Origin: Adineta vaga
Lineage: Eukaryota > Animalia > Rotifera
Assembly (NCBI GenBank): GCA_021613535.1
Contig: CP075496.1
Location: 3,968,001-4,032,000 of the forward strand
Reading direction: 5' to 3'
Length of the DNA stretch: 64,000 bases
The position numbers and the translations under genes are program-made. Positions 13,180-24,763 of the stretch are shown one piece after another; positions within the stretch are counted from its first letter, which is position 1; each line of letters opens with the position of its first letter. The notes below the pieces were generated by a model. It searched no databases, was not told where the DNA came from, and was given only the letters and a program-made list of their open reading frames with translations.

Positions 13180-14043
13180 TTAACTATCTGAACTTGTATT
13201 CGATAAAAACAAGCGAAATGTTGAAAGAAATGAATCACAAGATTGAATCAATGGAATCAATGATGAATTACTATCTTTACAAGAATTCTCACAAGTTTGT
13301 TTAAAATAAACATTGATCATTGAACGAATCTGTTGCAGACGAATAGCGACTTGTTCTTCACAAGATTTTGATAAATATTCTTGTTGAATATAAATTAATT
13401 CTTCATCAAGAACACATACAGCACGCATTTTAATCATTCGAATATGAACATCTTCATTTATGGACATACTCAAATCATCAAGCAAGATCTCTCTAAAACA
13501 TATTTACAAACAATATACATCGGAAACAATCTCTTCAAAAGTAACACAAACCGACTATTCATTAAAGCTCGATAACGACGATTAAAATGAAGTTTTTTTG
13601 TTGATTCATCACATATCTATATATATAAATAAAACAGAATTAAAAGTAATATAACAAAACAGGAGAACATTGTATTCTATACATGATTGATATTGGATGA
13701 TGATTTTTCTGCTTTTAATTCTATTAAAAAATCATCTTCATTTTCAGTTGATAACAATTGTATAAGATCCGAAATACATTCAATCAATGAGACATTAAGT
13801 AATTGTGAATTATGATAAAAATAATTCTACTAGAAAGAAAAATGAATTCTTTTGAAAATAATTTCATCTTACTTGTACATTCGAATACCAAATTGTGTTG
13901 AAATTTTGTTTTAAATACTAAACAAAAGATAAAATGAAAATAAATTGCTACAAACAACAATAATCTACTTGACGAAATCATTGTCGTAGATCGAGAATAT
14001 GTTTTAATTGTTCTTCACATTTAATTCTTCGTTTTTGAAACAT
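13180..14043 (-). pseudogene. LOTUS/OST-HTH-like gene copy B with in-frame TGA in exon 1 (probable pseudogene or null allele)
   Basis: Five exons splice to MFQKRRIKCEEQLKHILDLRQ*FRQYLKQNFNTIWYSNVQNYFYH...IECISDLI...EDDFLIEL...EQVAIRLQQIRSMI, which aligns with the neighbouring copy A. TGA at 13978-13980. Confidence 0.6.
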
Positions 14044-14187
14044 ACTAATTGTAATAGATTTTTTTTATCTGAAGACAAAATCTATGTTTATTGTTTCATA
14101 AAAGTAAATGCCTAATTCATCTCTTCGAGATTTGTAACATAAGAAAAACTACGAAATCACGAAAGATCATACATTCTATCTGATTGA

Positions 14188-14924
14188 TTATTTCAATGAG
14201 GATAAATGTTGAGTTAATGGAGTTATATTAGAAATAAATTCATTTGATTGTTCGTATAGTTGAAATAAATCATCTGACGAGATATCCGATGATGAATGAA
14301 GAAGATGTCGAAGACAAATGTCGATCATAGAACGAATTTTTTGAAAACGTAAAGCAACATGTTCATGAGTTGTATGAAAATTTTCCTTTTGAAATTTTTC
14401 ATATTCATCAATAATAGAAATTTCACGTAGAATTTCACCTCGTTTTTTGAAATCAACATTTTCTAACTGTTTGAATAAAATATCTCTAAAATTACAGTCA
14501 ATATTTCTTCTATTTTGCTTTTTTTTTGAAATTATCATCAAATACCGTTGAAATTTTACATTTCCAATTCGATCCAATGATACTTTTCGTTCATCATTTA
14601 ATTCAATAATAAAATCTTCTTCATTGAGATTACTTGGCAATTCATATTTAATTAGATCAGAAATATAATCAAGAAATAATAGTATATTATCGATAGCAAA
14701 TAAATCCAAATGAATATCACGATGAAAATGCATATAAAAAACTTTCGGTAACATTTGATACCAAATACCTTTGGAATGTGTTGATAATAAAATTCTTATA
14801 TCTTCACGTAAATTCGTCAATAAACGAATCTGTTCATTATTATCAACTAAATTATATAGGAATTTTAAGTAATTTAACTTCGAAATTTGTTCTACCTACA
14901 ATCAATCGATGTCGTTGTGTTCAT
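14188..14924 (-). CDS. Small LOTUS/OST-HTH-like protein with helical C-terminal domain (copy A, 3 exons)
   Basis: LREDIRILLSTHSKGIWYQMLPKVFYMHF...LLFLDYISDLI matches the recalled LOTUS pattern (TDRD7/TDRD5-type GIW..LP..F/Y). ATG 14924; introns are GT-AG and in phase. Confidence 0.62.
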
Positions 14925-15029
14925 TTTATCAATCTTATCTGAAAATTTCTTTAGGAAATTTAGTTTTAGGAGAGAATTTTTATTTTTATTTTTTCGATTG
15001 AAACAAATAGGCAAACTAGACAATATATT

Positions 15030-15605
15030 TCAAGCATCTAAGTTTTCTTCGAGAAAAGCTGTTAACGTATCTGTATCCCATTTTTCAATGCCTAACGATT
15101 GAATTTTTTCATTTTTATCATTGTATAAATGAAGAACAGGTTCAGCACCAGGTACATGTTGAAAACTAAATGTTGGAAAACGTTTTGGACGATCACTTCG
15201 AACAAATGCTTCAATTTGTGGATATCTTCCAAATTTACATGTACAAACTGTAAGAACCGCTCGACTATATTTCTAAAAACAAAAAATGAAATCAAAGAAT
15301 ACAAATAGAATAAAATGATTTTCTTTACTTACAATTCGAGAATCTTCGTCGTTGTCAGTTTGAGTACAACATTGTTTACATGTATTTTCTAATTCATTTA
15401 ATTTAAATTGTTTTAAATCATGACAATTTGAACAAAGTAAATTATCGGGTGAAAAACCACGATCAATACATTGAATTGATGAGAGAACATCCGATTTGAC
15501 ATATACCTATAAATTCGAATCGTATTTATACAATAAAAATTGATTAACTAATCTTACGATGAATAAAAAACTAGAGAATAATGTAAGATATGTATTTTTA
15601 TGCAT
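15030..15605 (-). CDS. SELENOF: Selenoprotein F/Sep15 homologue, Cys-containing (CTC)
   Basis: Not in the ORF track. Three exons give a signal peptide, CIDRGFSPDNLLCSNC...CKQCC, then AVLTVCTCKFGRYPQIEAFV...GAEPVLHL...GIEKWDTDTLTAFLEENL. Confidence 0.92.
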
Positions 15606-15995
15606 AATTGAACTATATAAAAATGTCTTTTCTTCTATTTTATTAAGTAAAGTAGAAATTTTCGTGGAGAAGAATTATATGTTCTTTTAGAGCTTTTTTC
15701 TAAGCAAATCATATGTGTGTGCATTTTTAACGACAGATGGCGCTACTATCTGTACGTATTGTATCAGAGTTTCATTCTTTTTTTTAAATATATTTAGATG
15801 CAATCTTTATTCGATATTCACACATACAATAAAATTGGTTAAAAAACATTCGTTATACGCATAAGACAATCTACAAAAACGAAAAAATCTTTCTTGGACG
15901 TACAATAATAAAACTCATTAGCAATTAGTAGTAAGCTAACCAAAGAATTGTGTTAAATTCTTATTGGATTTGAACAATTGCATCTAATTCCATCG

Positions 15996-18640
15996 CTAAA
16001 TGGTTGCTAATTTATGTGCAAACCAAATAATCTATAAATGAACGAATCAATATATATATATATATGTTTATAATTGATAAAAACAAAATAATTTTACTTT
16101 AGGATCATTTTGACGAACAAGAATAACTGGTGGTTTACGTGGATTGATTGGTAATGTTAGAGCAGTATTGACTGATTTTGTTACTTCAACAGATATATGA
16201 ACAATCGAAGAATTCTTAAGAGAAGAAAATATAGATTGAATTATTAAATATCAATTATTTAATTACTTTATTATCAATAAAAAGTATTGAACCACAATCA
16301 TCGTTATAATTAATACATTGAACAGATGGATTCTTCAATTGAATTTGATCTCCCTTATTTTTCAAAAATCGTATTAAAAGTTTCTTAATTTCTGTTAATT
16401 CAACATAAGATGTCGGTTTAAGATGTATATCCGATTCATTCATATGAATGGTTAATTTAAATGGACACATCTAAATTTGAAAGACAACCGAATGTTTTCT
16501 GATCGAAAATATTTTCTTTTTCAACAAACCATATCAAGTTCCATAGCATAATTGAATCCAATAGAATTCAAACCAGACCATAATTCTTGTTCAGTTGTGT
16601 TCGGTTCTTGTACTTCAAAATTATTAAGTTTTATAAATTTTTGCATAGAAATATTTTCATCAACATCCAAATGAATACTATCTAAATATTCCAATAAATT
16701 TTTTTTCAAGAAATCAGTTGAATCGCTTCTACCTCGAATAGTAAGCCAATCTTCATCCGATATTTCTTCTCCTGTTGTTCGTATTGTCCATAAATTATAT
16801 TCACTTCGATCAAGTTGTTTGTTTTCTATAGAGAAACAATTGAATCAAAATTTTCATAGAAATTCAATTACCATCAAAATCAAACACATCAAAAACATAT
16901 TCCAATGCTTCGCTAAAAAGAAACAGACAAAATTTTTTATTTACAAAGAAATAAAGTTGAATTACCGATAATCATCTGTCATAGAAAATTCTTTTCCTTT
17001 TTTAGTTTGTCGTAATATTTTTATAGGAGGACGTTCATTGACTTCACGTGATCGTGCTCGAAGTACACCGCCGAATGTAACAGGAATGATTTCATATGCA
17101 CCTTTTCCTAATTCTTCTAATTCAAGACATGCTTTCTAAAATGATCGGATTATCAAAATAAGAGAGAATACTAAGAAAACAAGACGAATAATACGTACAG
17201 TTCCCCATTGCATGGAGCTAATATGGATGAGACGTCGTTCATTTGAACGTGGAGATTTTTCGAAGAGAAGCAGCCGAACATCAAGATTTTTGAATAATGA
17301 ATCTAATCAAACAAGCACAAATATTCGTTCATTTCAATTGGTAACAATACGAATGCGGATAAAACAATACCTTTATGATATTTTGAGATTGTTGGTTCAA
17401 GTATAATCCATATAGGTGTAGATTTTTTGATTTCAAATGAATAACCGATTGAAAAATATAAGGCATCATTAGGTGAATCAAAATATTCACAAAAGAAAGC
17501 ACCTTTGATTTGTGCTGAATGTGATCTCTACGAAAAGATTAAGTTATATGAGAAGATGTTGTAATCGAATATGTTTTACAAACCGTAGGAATTGTCGGTT
17601 TTATTGATGACGAAGGAATACGAATACGAACATTATTACCATTTGGTTTGGGAGAATTCGGTCGTGGTGATGATAAACGTTCAATTTCATCTGAAAATAA
17701 AATATTCTAAAACATGACTCAAATATCAATAATTATACCTCTTCGTTGTTCTTTTTTTTCCGCTAAGATCTTTTCACGACAAACACTTTTATTTTGTGTA
17801 ATTGTTTTTGTTAACTAAAAGTTATATAAAAGTTCAACATTTTGAATATTCAAAGGATTCTCTCACTTTTTTCACATCCACTTTTCCATTTTCAGTACCA
17901 AGTAAATAACGAAGTTTACTGAATTCTTCTTCAGTAAAACGATCACCTTCCTGCAAATAGATTATTGTTTATAGTTGACGTTTGAAAGCTTTTCTCTTTT
18001 TTTTTCATTCTACTTTAAGCATATCGTTACGAAATTTGTCATAGTCGATTGCACTCCAATCTTGTTTTCTATCTTTATTATAAAGTGTTTCAAATGCTTC
18101 CTCAAGTATTCGTCCATCAATTGATTTTTCTTCATTCAAAATACGTTGAAAAATTTTAAATGTTATTTCTTCTAATAAAAACAAACAAACAAATAACTTT
18201 ATATTCATAATCAATTTGAATTTCAAATATTTACCATCATTAGTTGACCATATTCGATCAATCGTTGCTTTTGGTAGATCATATCCTACACAATGAAGAG
18301 CTAAATAAAACAAAGCCAATCTTTTAGTTTCATGTAAAAAGAAAATCAATGATTCGAAAATACCTTGATTGAATTTTTCAAAATTAGTTATAACATCTCG
18401 TTTTAAGAAATCAGCATATCGTTCAAAAACTGTTCGATGGTATTTGATATCATCTTCAGTAAAGGTCTTCGCGGACCAATCACTCTTGTGATTATCTTGC
18501 TGTCGAAGTGCAGATAAACGATTATTTAATAAGGGTGAAGATGATCCATTTTCACGATTATTAGGTTTAGTTATTGGAATACTTGGTGATGCTCGACCAC
18601 CAAGATTTGTTTGACTTCGTATTGATCGATCAGAATTCAT
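15996..18640 (-). CDS. EFCAB7: EF-hand calcium-binding domain protein 7 (multi-exon)
   Basis: N-terminal calmodulin-like region, C2/calpain-III-like region (GAYEIIPVTFGG), ALEYVFDVFDFD...LDRSEYN...RTTGEEISDEDW and LWSGLNSIGFN segments. 3' end approximate. Confidence 0.8.
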
Positions 18641-18883
18641 TATTTTTTACTTCTTCTTCTTCTTCTTCTCTTCCTCAACTAAATCATCTTCTGTTCTCTC
18701 TGTCTATACCTTTTTTGTTATATGTCGCTAAGTTCTCACCTCCATTTTATCCAGACGAAGAATCCTTAGTGACGTTCGTTTATTTGAAACTTTTACATTG
18801 GATGAAAGCTGTGGCGCAATCATCAATGTAAAAAACAAACTCTTGTCTTCTACTCATCTTTTCTTTATACATTTTTTTTTGAA

Positions 18884-21238
18884 ATGGCGTGGCGACAAAC
18901 AACAAGTAAACCAACTGCACCGAAACCAAAATTCGATACCAAAGATGACGATTGGGAAACGGATACTGCTTATGAAGTAAAATTGAAATTCTTAAATCAT
19001 ACCTGAACTTCATTTTTTTTCTCTCTAGAATACAGTAACAGAAAAAACGCAACGCTATGGTTCAAAAAGTATTCCTGGTTCTGGTCGAGTTGATCATTTT
19101 GATTTAAATACAATTCATGACAAAATCAAAACAGCTGACAGTACTGTTACAACTGTATATCGAGATACGAATCCTACACGTGGCTATGGTGGAAAATATG
19201 GTACTGAACAAGTGATGGATAAAGTTAGATAATCATTTGTAAATTATTATTTTACAAAATAACAATATATTCATTGTAGACTGCAGCAGATTTTACATAC
19301 CAAGCTGATATAAAAAAGCATTCATCACAGACAGGTTAGTCAAAAAGAAAAAAGAGAACAAGACTGTTTCGATTTATTATAATTGTGGCGATGGTGGTGG
19401 TAAAGGAATTTGTACACCATTATAGAATGCAGATGAATAAGCTGGATGATTTATAAAATATTCTGTAAAAGCTTGTTGAGGTACACGACCATTTTGTAAA
19501 GCATAATTAGCTTCCAAATTTCTCCACACTTGTTGATGATCAGTATTAACACCGTATAAATCGGACATATCTTGAATAACACGTCGACCCATTGTTGGTG
19601 TTATATAACCATTATTTTGTGAGTAATGATCGAGAAGAAAATTTAAACGAGTTTGAGGACTAATGGAATTTTGTAACATAATATAAGCCGATATAAATTC
19701 ATCGAATGTTAAACGACCAGTATTATCTCGATCGAATATTTTAAATATTCGATCTGATGTAGCATTATTTATTCGATTGAATTCATAAGCTGATAGATGT
19801 GTTGACTGGTCCGATTTTGGTGAATAACGTATTAAATCTTTATAAATTCGACGAAATTCATATTTATCAAGAAGATAATCTTTGGATACACGACGAAAAT
19901 CTTTATAAATATTTTCTAATTGATGACGAGGAATACCAACTAGATTTGATATAGCATCGAGTTCCCATGCTTGTGTTTCACGACCTTTCTGTCGATTACC
20001 CATTTTGATTCAATGAATAACGTGGTAAAAATTTGTATTTTTATACATTCGAACACCTCCACGAAACATATTCATAGATACCTTTAGGCAAAGAACAGAT
20101 CATTATCATATCTATAGACTAAATGAGTAATATTTCACCTTCATAATTATTCATCTATTTGTTTGTTTATTCATAGATGCAAAGAAAGGTTTTGGTGGCG
20201 AACATGGTATTGATGAACGCGCCAAGGACAAGTCAGCAGTTGGCTTTGATTATAAACCAACTATTGAGAAGCATTCATCACAAACAGGTTGAAATGAAAA
20301 ATAATGAAAATCTATTCAAATTAGAAGTAATGAATAATTTATCGATTTATTTATAGATGCTTCGAAAGGTTTTGGTGGAAAATATGGTACTGAACAAAAT
20401 ACACAAGATAAATCAGCTGTAGGATCTTCTCATAAAGAAATATTACCAAAAAATTCATCACAAACAGGTTTAGTATTTGATTTGATTATTTGTTATTTTA
20501 ATAATCAGTTCTCTTAGATAATACTGCTGGTGTTAGTGGTAAACAAAGTGTTCAAAAAGAAGTATCTACTACTCCATTCACTCCGGCTGCGGCTCATCTC
20601 CTGCAACACCACCTCCAAGTATCTATATCTCGGTTATTTCGTTTCTATCATTAGAGTGAGTTATTTTAGTACCGAAAGTAATTGAAAAGCCTGCAGCATC
20701 GATAAGTAGTAAAGCTGATGTCGGTAATATTCGAGCAAAGTAAAACACAACAAAATTCATTGAAACTTCGTATTTATTTCGTCTGTCGGATAGATTTGAA
20801 AACATGAAGAAGGAAAAAGAAGCAGAAGCAGCAGAACGTGTTGTAGAGCAAAGAAAGAAACGAGCTGTTATTGACGAACAACTACAACAGCAACTACCTA
20901 GCAATACTAATAATAATACAGGAAAAATTAATCCACAAGCAATGGTATCCACAAAAACGGAACCAGCATCGATCCCTCGAGCAAAGACACCTCCACCACC
21001 ACCTCCAACTCCAGAAATATCCACTTTACATGCGGGTGACAATGAGATTGTATCGACGAAATCAAATGAGAATGATGAAACGTCTCTAGAAAATCCACAA
21101 TCAACAAGCATTGAAGAACCGGAGAAGTTTGTTGGTGGTATTAATGTAGCATCATTATTACGTCAACGAAAAACATCATCTTCTTCATCGAAAAATGAAG
21201 ATGACGATGAAGATCAATGGGCTGCTGACACGAATTAA
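18884..21238 (+). CDS. CTTN: Cortactin/HS1-like protein lacking SH3, ending in an acidic-Trp tail
   Basis: MAWRQ...DDDWETD (NTA motif), [12 protein letters not shown]1 repeats (GYGGKYG, GFGGEHG, GFGGKYG; DKSAVG; HSSQTD), NIRAKFENM coiled coil, poly-Pro, ends [13 protein letters not shown]. One exon junction (20518-20670) is ambiguous. Confidence 0.88.
19377..20003 (-). CDS. Neuronal-calcium-sensor-like EF-hand protein, intronless, nested in a cortactin intron
   Basis: 208-aa ORF; MG N-terminus (possible myristoylation); IYKDF...EFRRIY; canonical EF loop [12 protein letters not shown]. Lies entirely within cortactin intron 19335-20176. Confidence 0.85.
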   Translation of the reverse strand: MGNRQKGRETQAWELDAISNLVGIPRHQLENIYKDFRRVSKDYLLDKYEFRRIYKDLIRYSPKSDQSTHLSAYEFNRINNATSDRIFKIFDRDNTGRLTFDEFISAYIMLQNSISPQTRLNFLLDHYSQNNGYITPTMGRRVIQDMSDLYGVNTDHQQVWRNLEANYALQNGRVPQQAFTEYFINHPAYSSAFYNGVQIPLPPPSPQL

Positions 21239-21507
21239 AAGTCAAACAAACAAATACCTCTATATATTCGATAGATTCTTTCGATTAAATTCACGAATAA
21301 TCTATTCAAATCATATCTATTTTTTCAATACTTGCAATAATTCTCCAATATTTATTCCAATGATTTAGTAATTTCTACTTTCATAAAAAAAACAATCAGA
21401 TTTTTTTTATCTATACTTGTGTGTTCGATATGACCGTTGATTGATGCATTTTTTTTAATAAATAATAAATATTATGTTAAATATTCTCTTTGAACTAACT
21501 GACTTGT

Positions 21508-22596
21508 CTACGGAATAATACGTACACAATCACCATTCGATCTTAATGTGGCGAGTATTTGCCATGGAAACGGATATTTTCGAAGATCAACAGACATATG
21601 AGCAATTGTATTGACTCGATGGTGTTCGAATTGAATTAATCGATTTTCACAATCCAATGTTAATGTTATTTCATCACCAGTTCGAATACCACGATCAGTA
21701 TGTACTCGATGTCCATTAACACTTTCGATTCCTTGATCAACTTCCCACCAACCATAACCATGAGGAGCCGTTAATGTTTGTACTGGTAAATCATCGGATG
21801 TAGTCTTGATACCAAAGAAAAGATTATTACTTCCTTTATAATCAATTCGAAAATGAATTTCATGTCGACCGGATGAATAAAGACGAGTACCATATACATG
21901 TGATCCATCCCAATAAGTACCAATACATGTCGCAACAAGTCCATCTTCAGATATGGCTAATTTTCCAGCAAAATGTCGAAATTTATCATGAGTAAGAGTA
22001 TCAACTTCTCGATCGTCAGTACTGTTATGCCGATGGAAATTTTCTTTTGGAATTACAGAAGAATGTAATTGCTGTTGTTTTTGTTGTTCTTCGGAAATCT
22101 TGATCATATGTACAGAAATCGATTCAGATTTATCTTCAATAATATTAATACGTAATTCTGTTTCAAGTAATTGACGAAGATTTTGTAATTCTTCTGTCCA
22201 TCGAAGTAAATCGATTTCCGTAAAATCATCTAATTCTCGACCGGTTTGCATCTCATTTGTTATTTTATCCATTGATGCATTTAGTTGATTTTTATTTTGA
22301 TCAATTAACAATCGAAGATCAGCTCGAGCAATTTCTGCAGCTACTTGAATCTTTGTGATGGATTCTTGTTCCCATTCATCAATATGAATTAGTAGTTGAT
22401 CTCCTAATGTTTTTCGTGATACTTCGTCTCGAAAAAGATCATGGTTTTGTCCGACATTATCCAATTGTGTTGTCAATTCTTGACGATGTTCAATAATATG
22501 TTTAATACAAAATGATTGATGGCATCCATCACATGTAGTAACACCTCCACCTTTATTACACTTTGTACAAGGTTTTTTGGCGATAGCGGAAGCCAT
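21508..22596 (-). CDS. B-box + coiled-coil + SPRY-like protein (RING-less TRIM-like), copy 1
   Basis: CTKC...CDGC..FCIKH..EHR zinc finger; heptad region; C-terminal YSSGRH.I.F.I...FFGI...YGWW...GD.ITL.LDC...HHR...PFPW; single-exon CDS. Confidence 0.8.
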   Translation of the reverse strand: MASAIAKKPCTKCNKGGGVTTCDGCHQSFCIKHIIEHRQELTTQLDNVGQNHDLFRDEVSRKTLGDQLLIHIDEWEQESITKIQVAAEIARADLRLLIDQNKNQLNASMDKITNEMQTGRELDDFTEIDLLRWTEELQNLRQLLETELRINIIEDKSESISVHMIKISEEQQKQQQLHSSVIPKENFHRHNSTDDREVDTLTHDKFRHFAGKLAISEDGLVATCIGTYWDGSHVYGTRLYSSGRHEIHFRIDYKGSNNLFFGIKTTSDDLPVQTLTAPHGYGWWEVDQGIESVNGHRVHTDRGIRTGDEITLTLDCENRLIQFEHHRVNTIAHMSVDLRKYPFPWQILATLRSNGDCVRIIP

Positions 22597-23376
22597 TCTT
22601 GCGAAATTCTACAAAACAAAATCGAGAAAACATCGTCAATCATTGAAATTATTGATAGTAAAAAGAGTAGAAAACAAAACAACAAATCACTAGTTTAATA
22701 AAACGTGTTTAAATTCTTCAGAACAACGTCAATTTTTCTCTACATGTACTATTAGAAAGAGAGAAAATAACGTGATTAAATAAACGCAATACAATACAAC
22801 TCACATACTTACTCATAAGATTGATGTTCAATGACTCAGTATTTTTTTCTCCTTAAAAATTCATAGATGTCGGCGGTTGAAGTAAAATGAGTACCTTTTT
22901 TCTATGGGTTGTCATTTTATTTGAACGTAAGAAGTATTTGAGAAAGACACACACTCACACATTGGATTATTATAACAATGACGAGTCTAATTATTTTATC
23001 GTTGATTTAAATAATCAATAGCATTACATCAAGCATTTGATTCTTCTATTATCTTTTCTAAATTTGAAACTAACTAACTGAACATCATTGAAAATGATTG
23101 GTTAGCTAATGTATGGCCTTGTTACGCATCGTTCAACATGAAAACAATATGTATAGTATATCTGAGGACAATAATGAAGGACATTCGCTGGATGTTTAAC
23201 AGATTAAAATAAATTTTTTTATTATAAATGATGAAAATAAAAGAAGTTTCATTGATCATTTAAATGATATATGTATTTATATAAATTTCTACAAAATTAT
23301 ATTTTTAATAGAAAAAATGATCCTAAGACCGAGTACCCCACATGAAATAAATTATCCAACGTTCAATTTTGTTTTG

Positions 23377-24435
23377 TTAAAGTATTCGTATTGAATCACC
23401 TGCAGTTAATAATCTCACGAGTATTTTCCATGGATAAGGACAAACATCGTGTTTTATTTGTAAATTTACACATCGTTTTGTTCGATGATGTTCTAATTCA
23501 ATTTGATGTTTATTACAATCAATTGTTAATGTTAATTTATCATCTTTTTGAAATAATTCTTCACTATTGCCAGTTTTACTTTCACCATTAACAACTGTAT
23601 GATCAAAATTCCACCATCCATGAACAGAATAATCAAATGTTGGTGAAATAATCTTATGCGATGATGATATAATTCCCAGAAACATATTTTTATTACCTTT
23701 ATTTTCAATTAGAAACGTTACGGAATGTTTTCCCGACGAATATTGATTAATTCCAGTTGTTTGAGATAAACCAGCACGATAATTTGAATGTGTAACAATG
23801 CGATCATTTTCCGATAATTTACATGGTCCAAACATAATAAGAAAATGTTCTGGAACAACTTCACTCATTTTTTCACGACATGGTTCAGGTTTTTCTAATT
23901 CTAATGATGAACATGCAGATGATTGTTTTTCAATAACTTTAATTGTACGAATGACTGACCATGGTTTTTCATCCTCAACAACTGAAATATTCGATGGTTT
24001 TTCTAATAAATCTCGAAGATTTTCTAATTGTTTATTCCATCGTGCAAAATCTAATTCAGTATAATTATCCGTAATTTCACTTGATTGAACTTGTTCATTG
24101 ATTTGATTGAAAGAATTTTGTACTTCCGTTTTTGTTCTATCAATCCATTGTTGAAGATCATGTCGAGCTTTCTCAGCAATTTCACGAATCTTTTCGATTG
24201 ATTTTTCTTCCCATGCATGAATATTTCCAAGTAATGGATGTTCGACTGTATCACGTAAGAGATCTTGTTGAAAATGACCTTGTTTTTGATGAAAAGTTTT
24301 CATTTGTTGTGATAAAGATAATCGATGTTTAAGAAAATGTTTCGTACAAAAAGATTGTTGACAACCAAAACACATTGCTGTACATCCATTTTTCGAACAA
24401 GTTGCACAGATTTTACGTTCAACTTCAAAAGTCAT
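23377..24435 (-). CDS. B-box + coiled-coil + SPRY-like protein, copy 2
   Basis: CATC...CFGC.QSFCTKH..KHR; same C-terminal motifs (YSSGKH, GWW, LTLTIDC, HHRT, CPYPWKI). Start set at MTFE by homology with the paralogues. Confidence 0.8.
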   Translation of the reverse strand: MTFEVERKICATCSKNGCTAMCFGCQQSFCTKHFLKHRLSLSQQMKTFHQKQGHFQQDLLRDTVEHPLLGNIHAWEEKSIEKIREIAEKARHDLQQWIDRTKTEVQNSFNQINEQVQSSEITDNYTELDFARWNKQLENLRDLLEKPSNISVVEDEKPWSVIRTIKVIEKQSSACSSLELEKPEPCREKMSEVVPEHFLIMFGPCKLSENDRIVTHSNYRAGLSQTTGINQYSSGKHSVTFLIENKGNKNMFLGIISSSHKIISPTFDYSVHGWWNFDHTVVNGESKTGNSEELFQKDDKLTLTIDCNKHQIELEHHRTKRCVNLQIKHDVCPYPWKILVRLLTAGDSIRIL

Positions 24436-24763
24436 ACTTTCCTTATCACTCTTGATAATAATCAGCTGAATTCGATCGAATACTTTATGCAATTATCATT
24501 TTCATCATTATTTGGTTACAGTTGAATGATTGAATACACTGTTCTATTTTAAAGGCAAACTAATGCGTAATAAATGATGTCGCACATATTGATGACGACG
24601 ATAATGTCACCAAAGTGAAGGAAAGATCAAGTATATAAGAAGAAAAAAACTTTGTTCAATGAACACACAATTAAACCGAAAATAATCGATTTATTCTACA
24701 GATAAAAGAATTTATTTTCTACATAGAAAGGAAAAAAAAATAGAATAACAAAACTAAACTTGA

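Noticed and set aside
13978-13980. Selenocysteine recoding of the LOTUS-B TGA, suggested by the nearby SELENOF gene
   Set aside because: The aligned residue in copy A is Asp, not Cys; no SECIS-like stem was recognised in the short 3' region; proximity to SELENOF has no mechanistic bearing.
18720-18775. RFX X-box upstream of the ciliary gene EFCAB7
   Set aside because: GTCACTAAGGATTC matches only one half-site.
20650-20670. A 1-nt micro-exon (TTAG-A-GTGAGT) that would fix the cortactin phase conflict
   Set aside because: The following intron would be only 14 nt, too short to splice.
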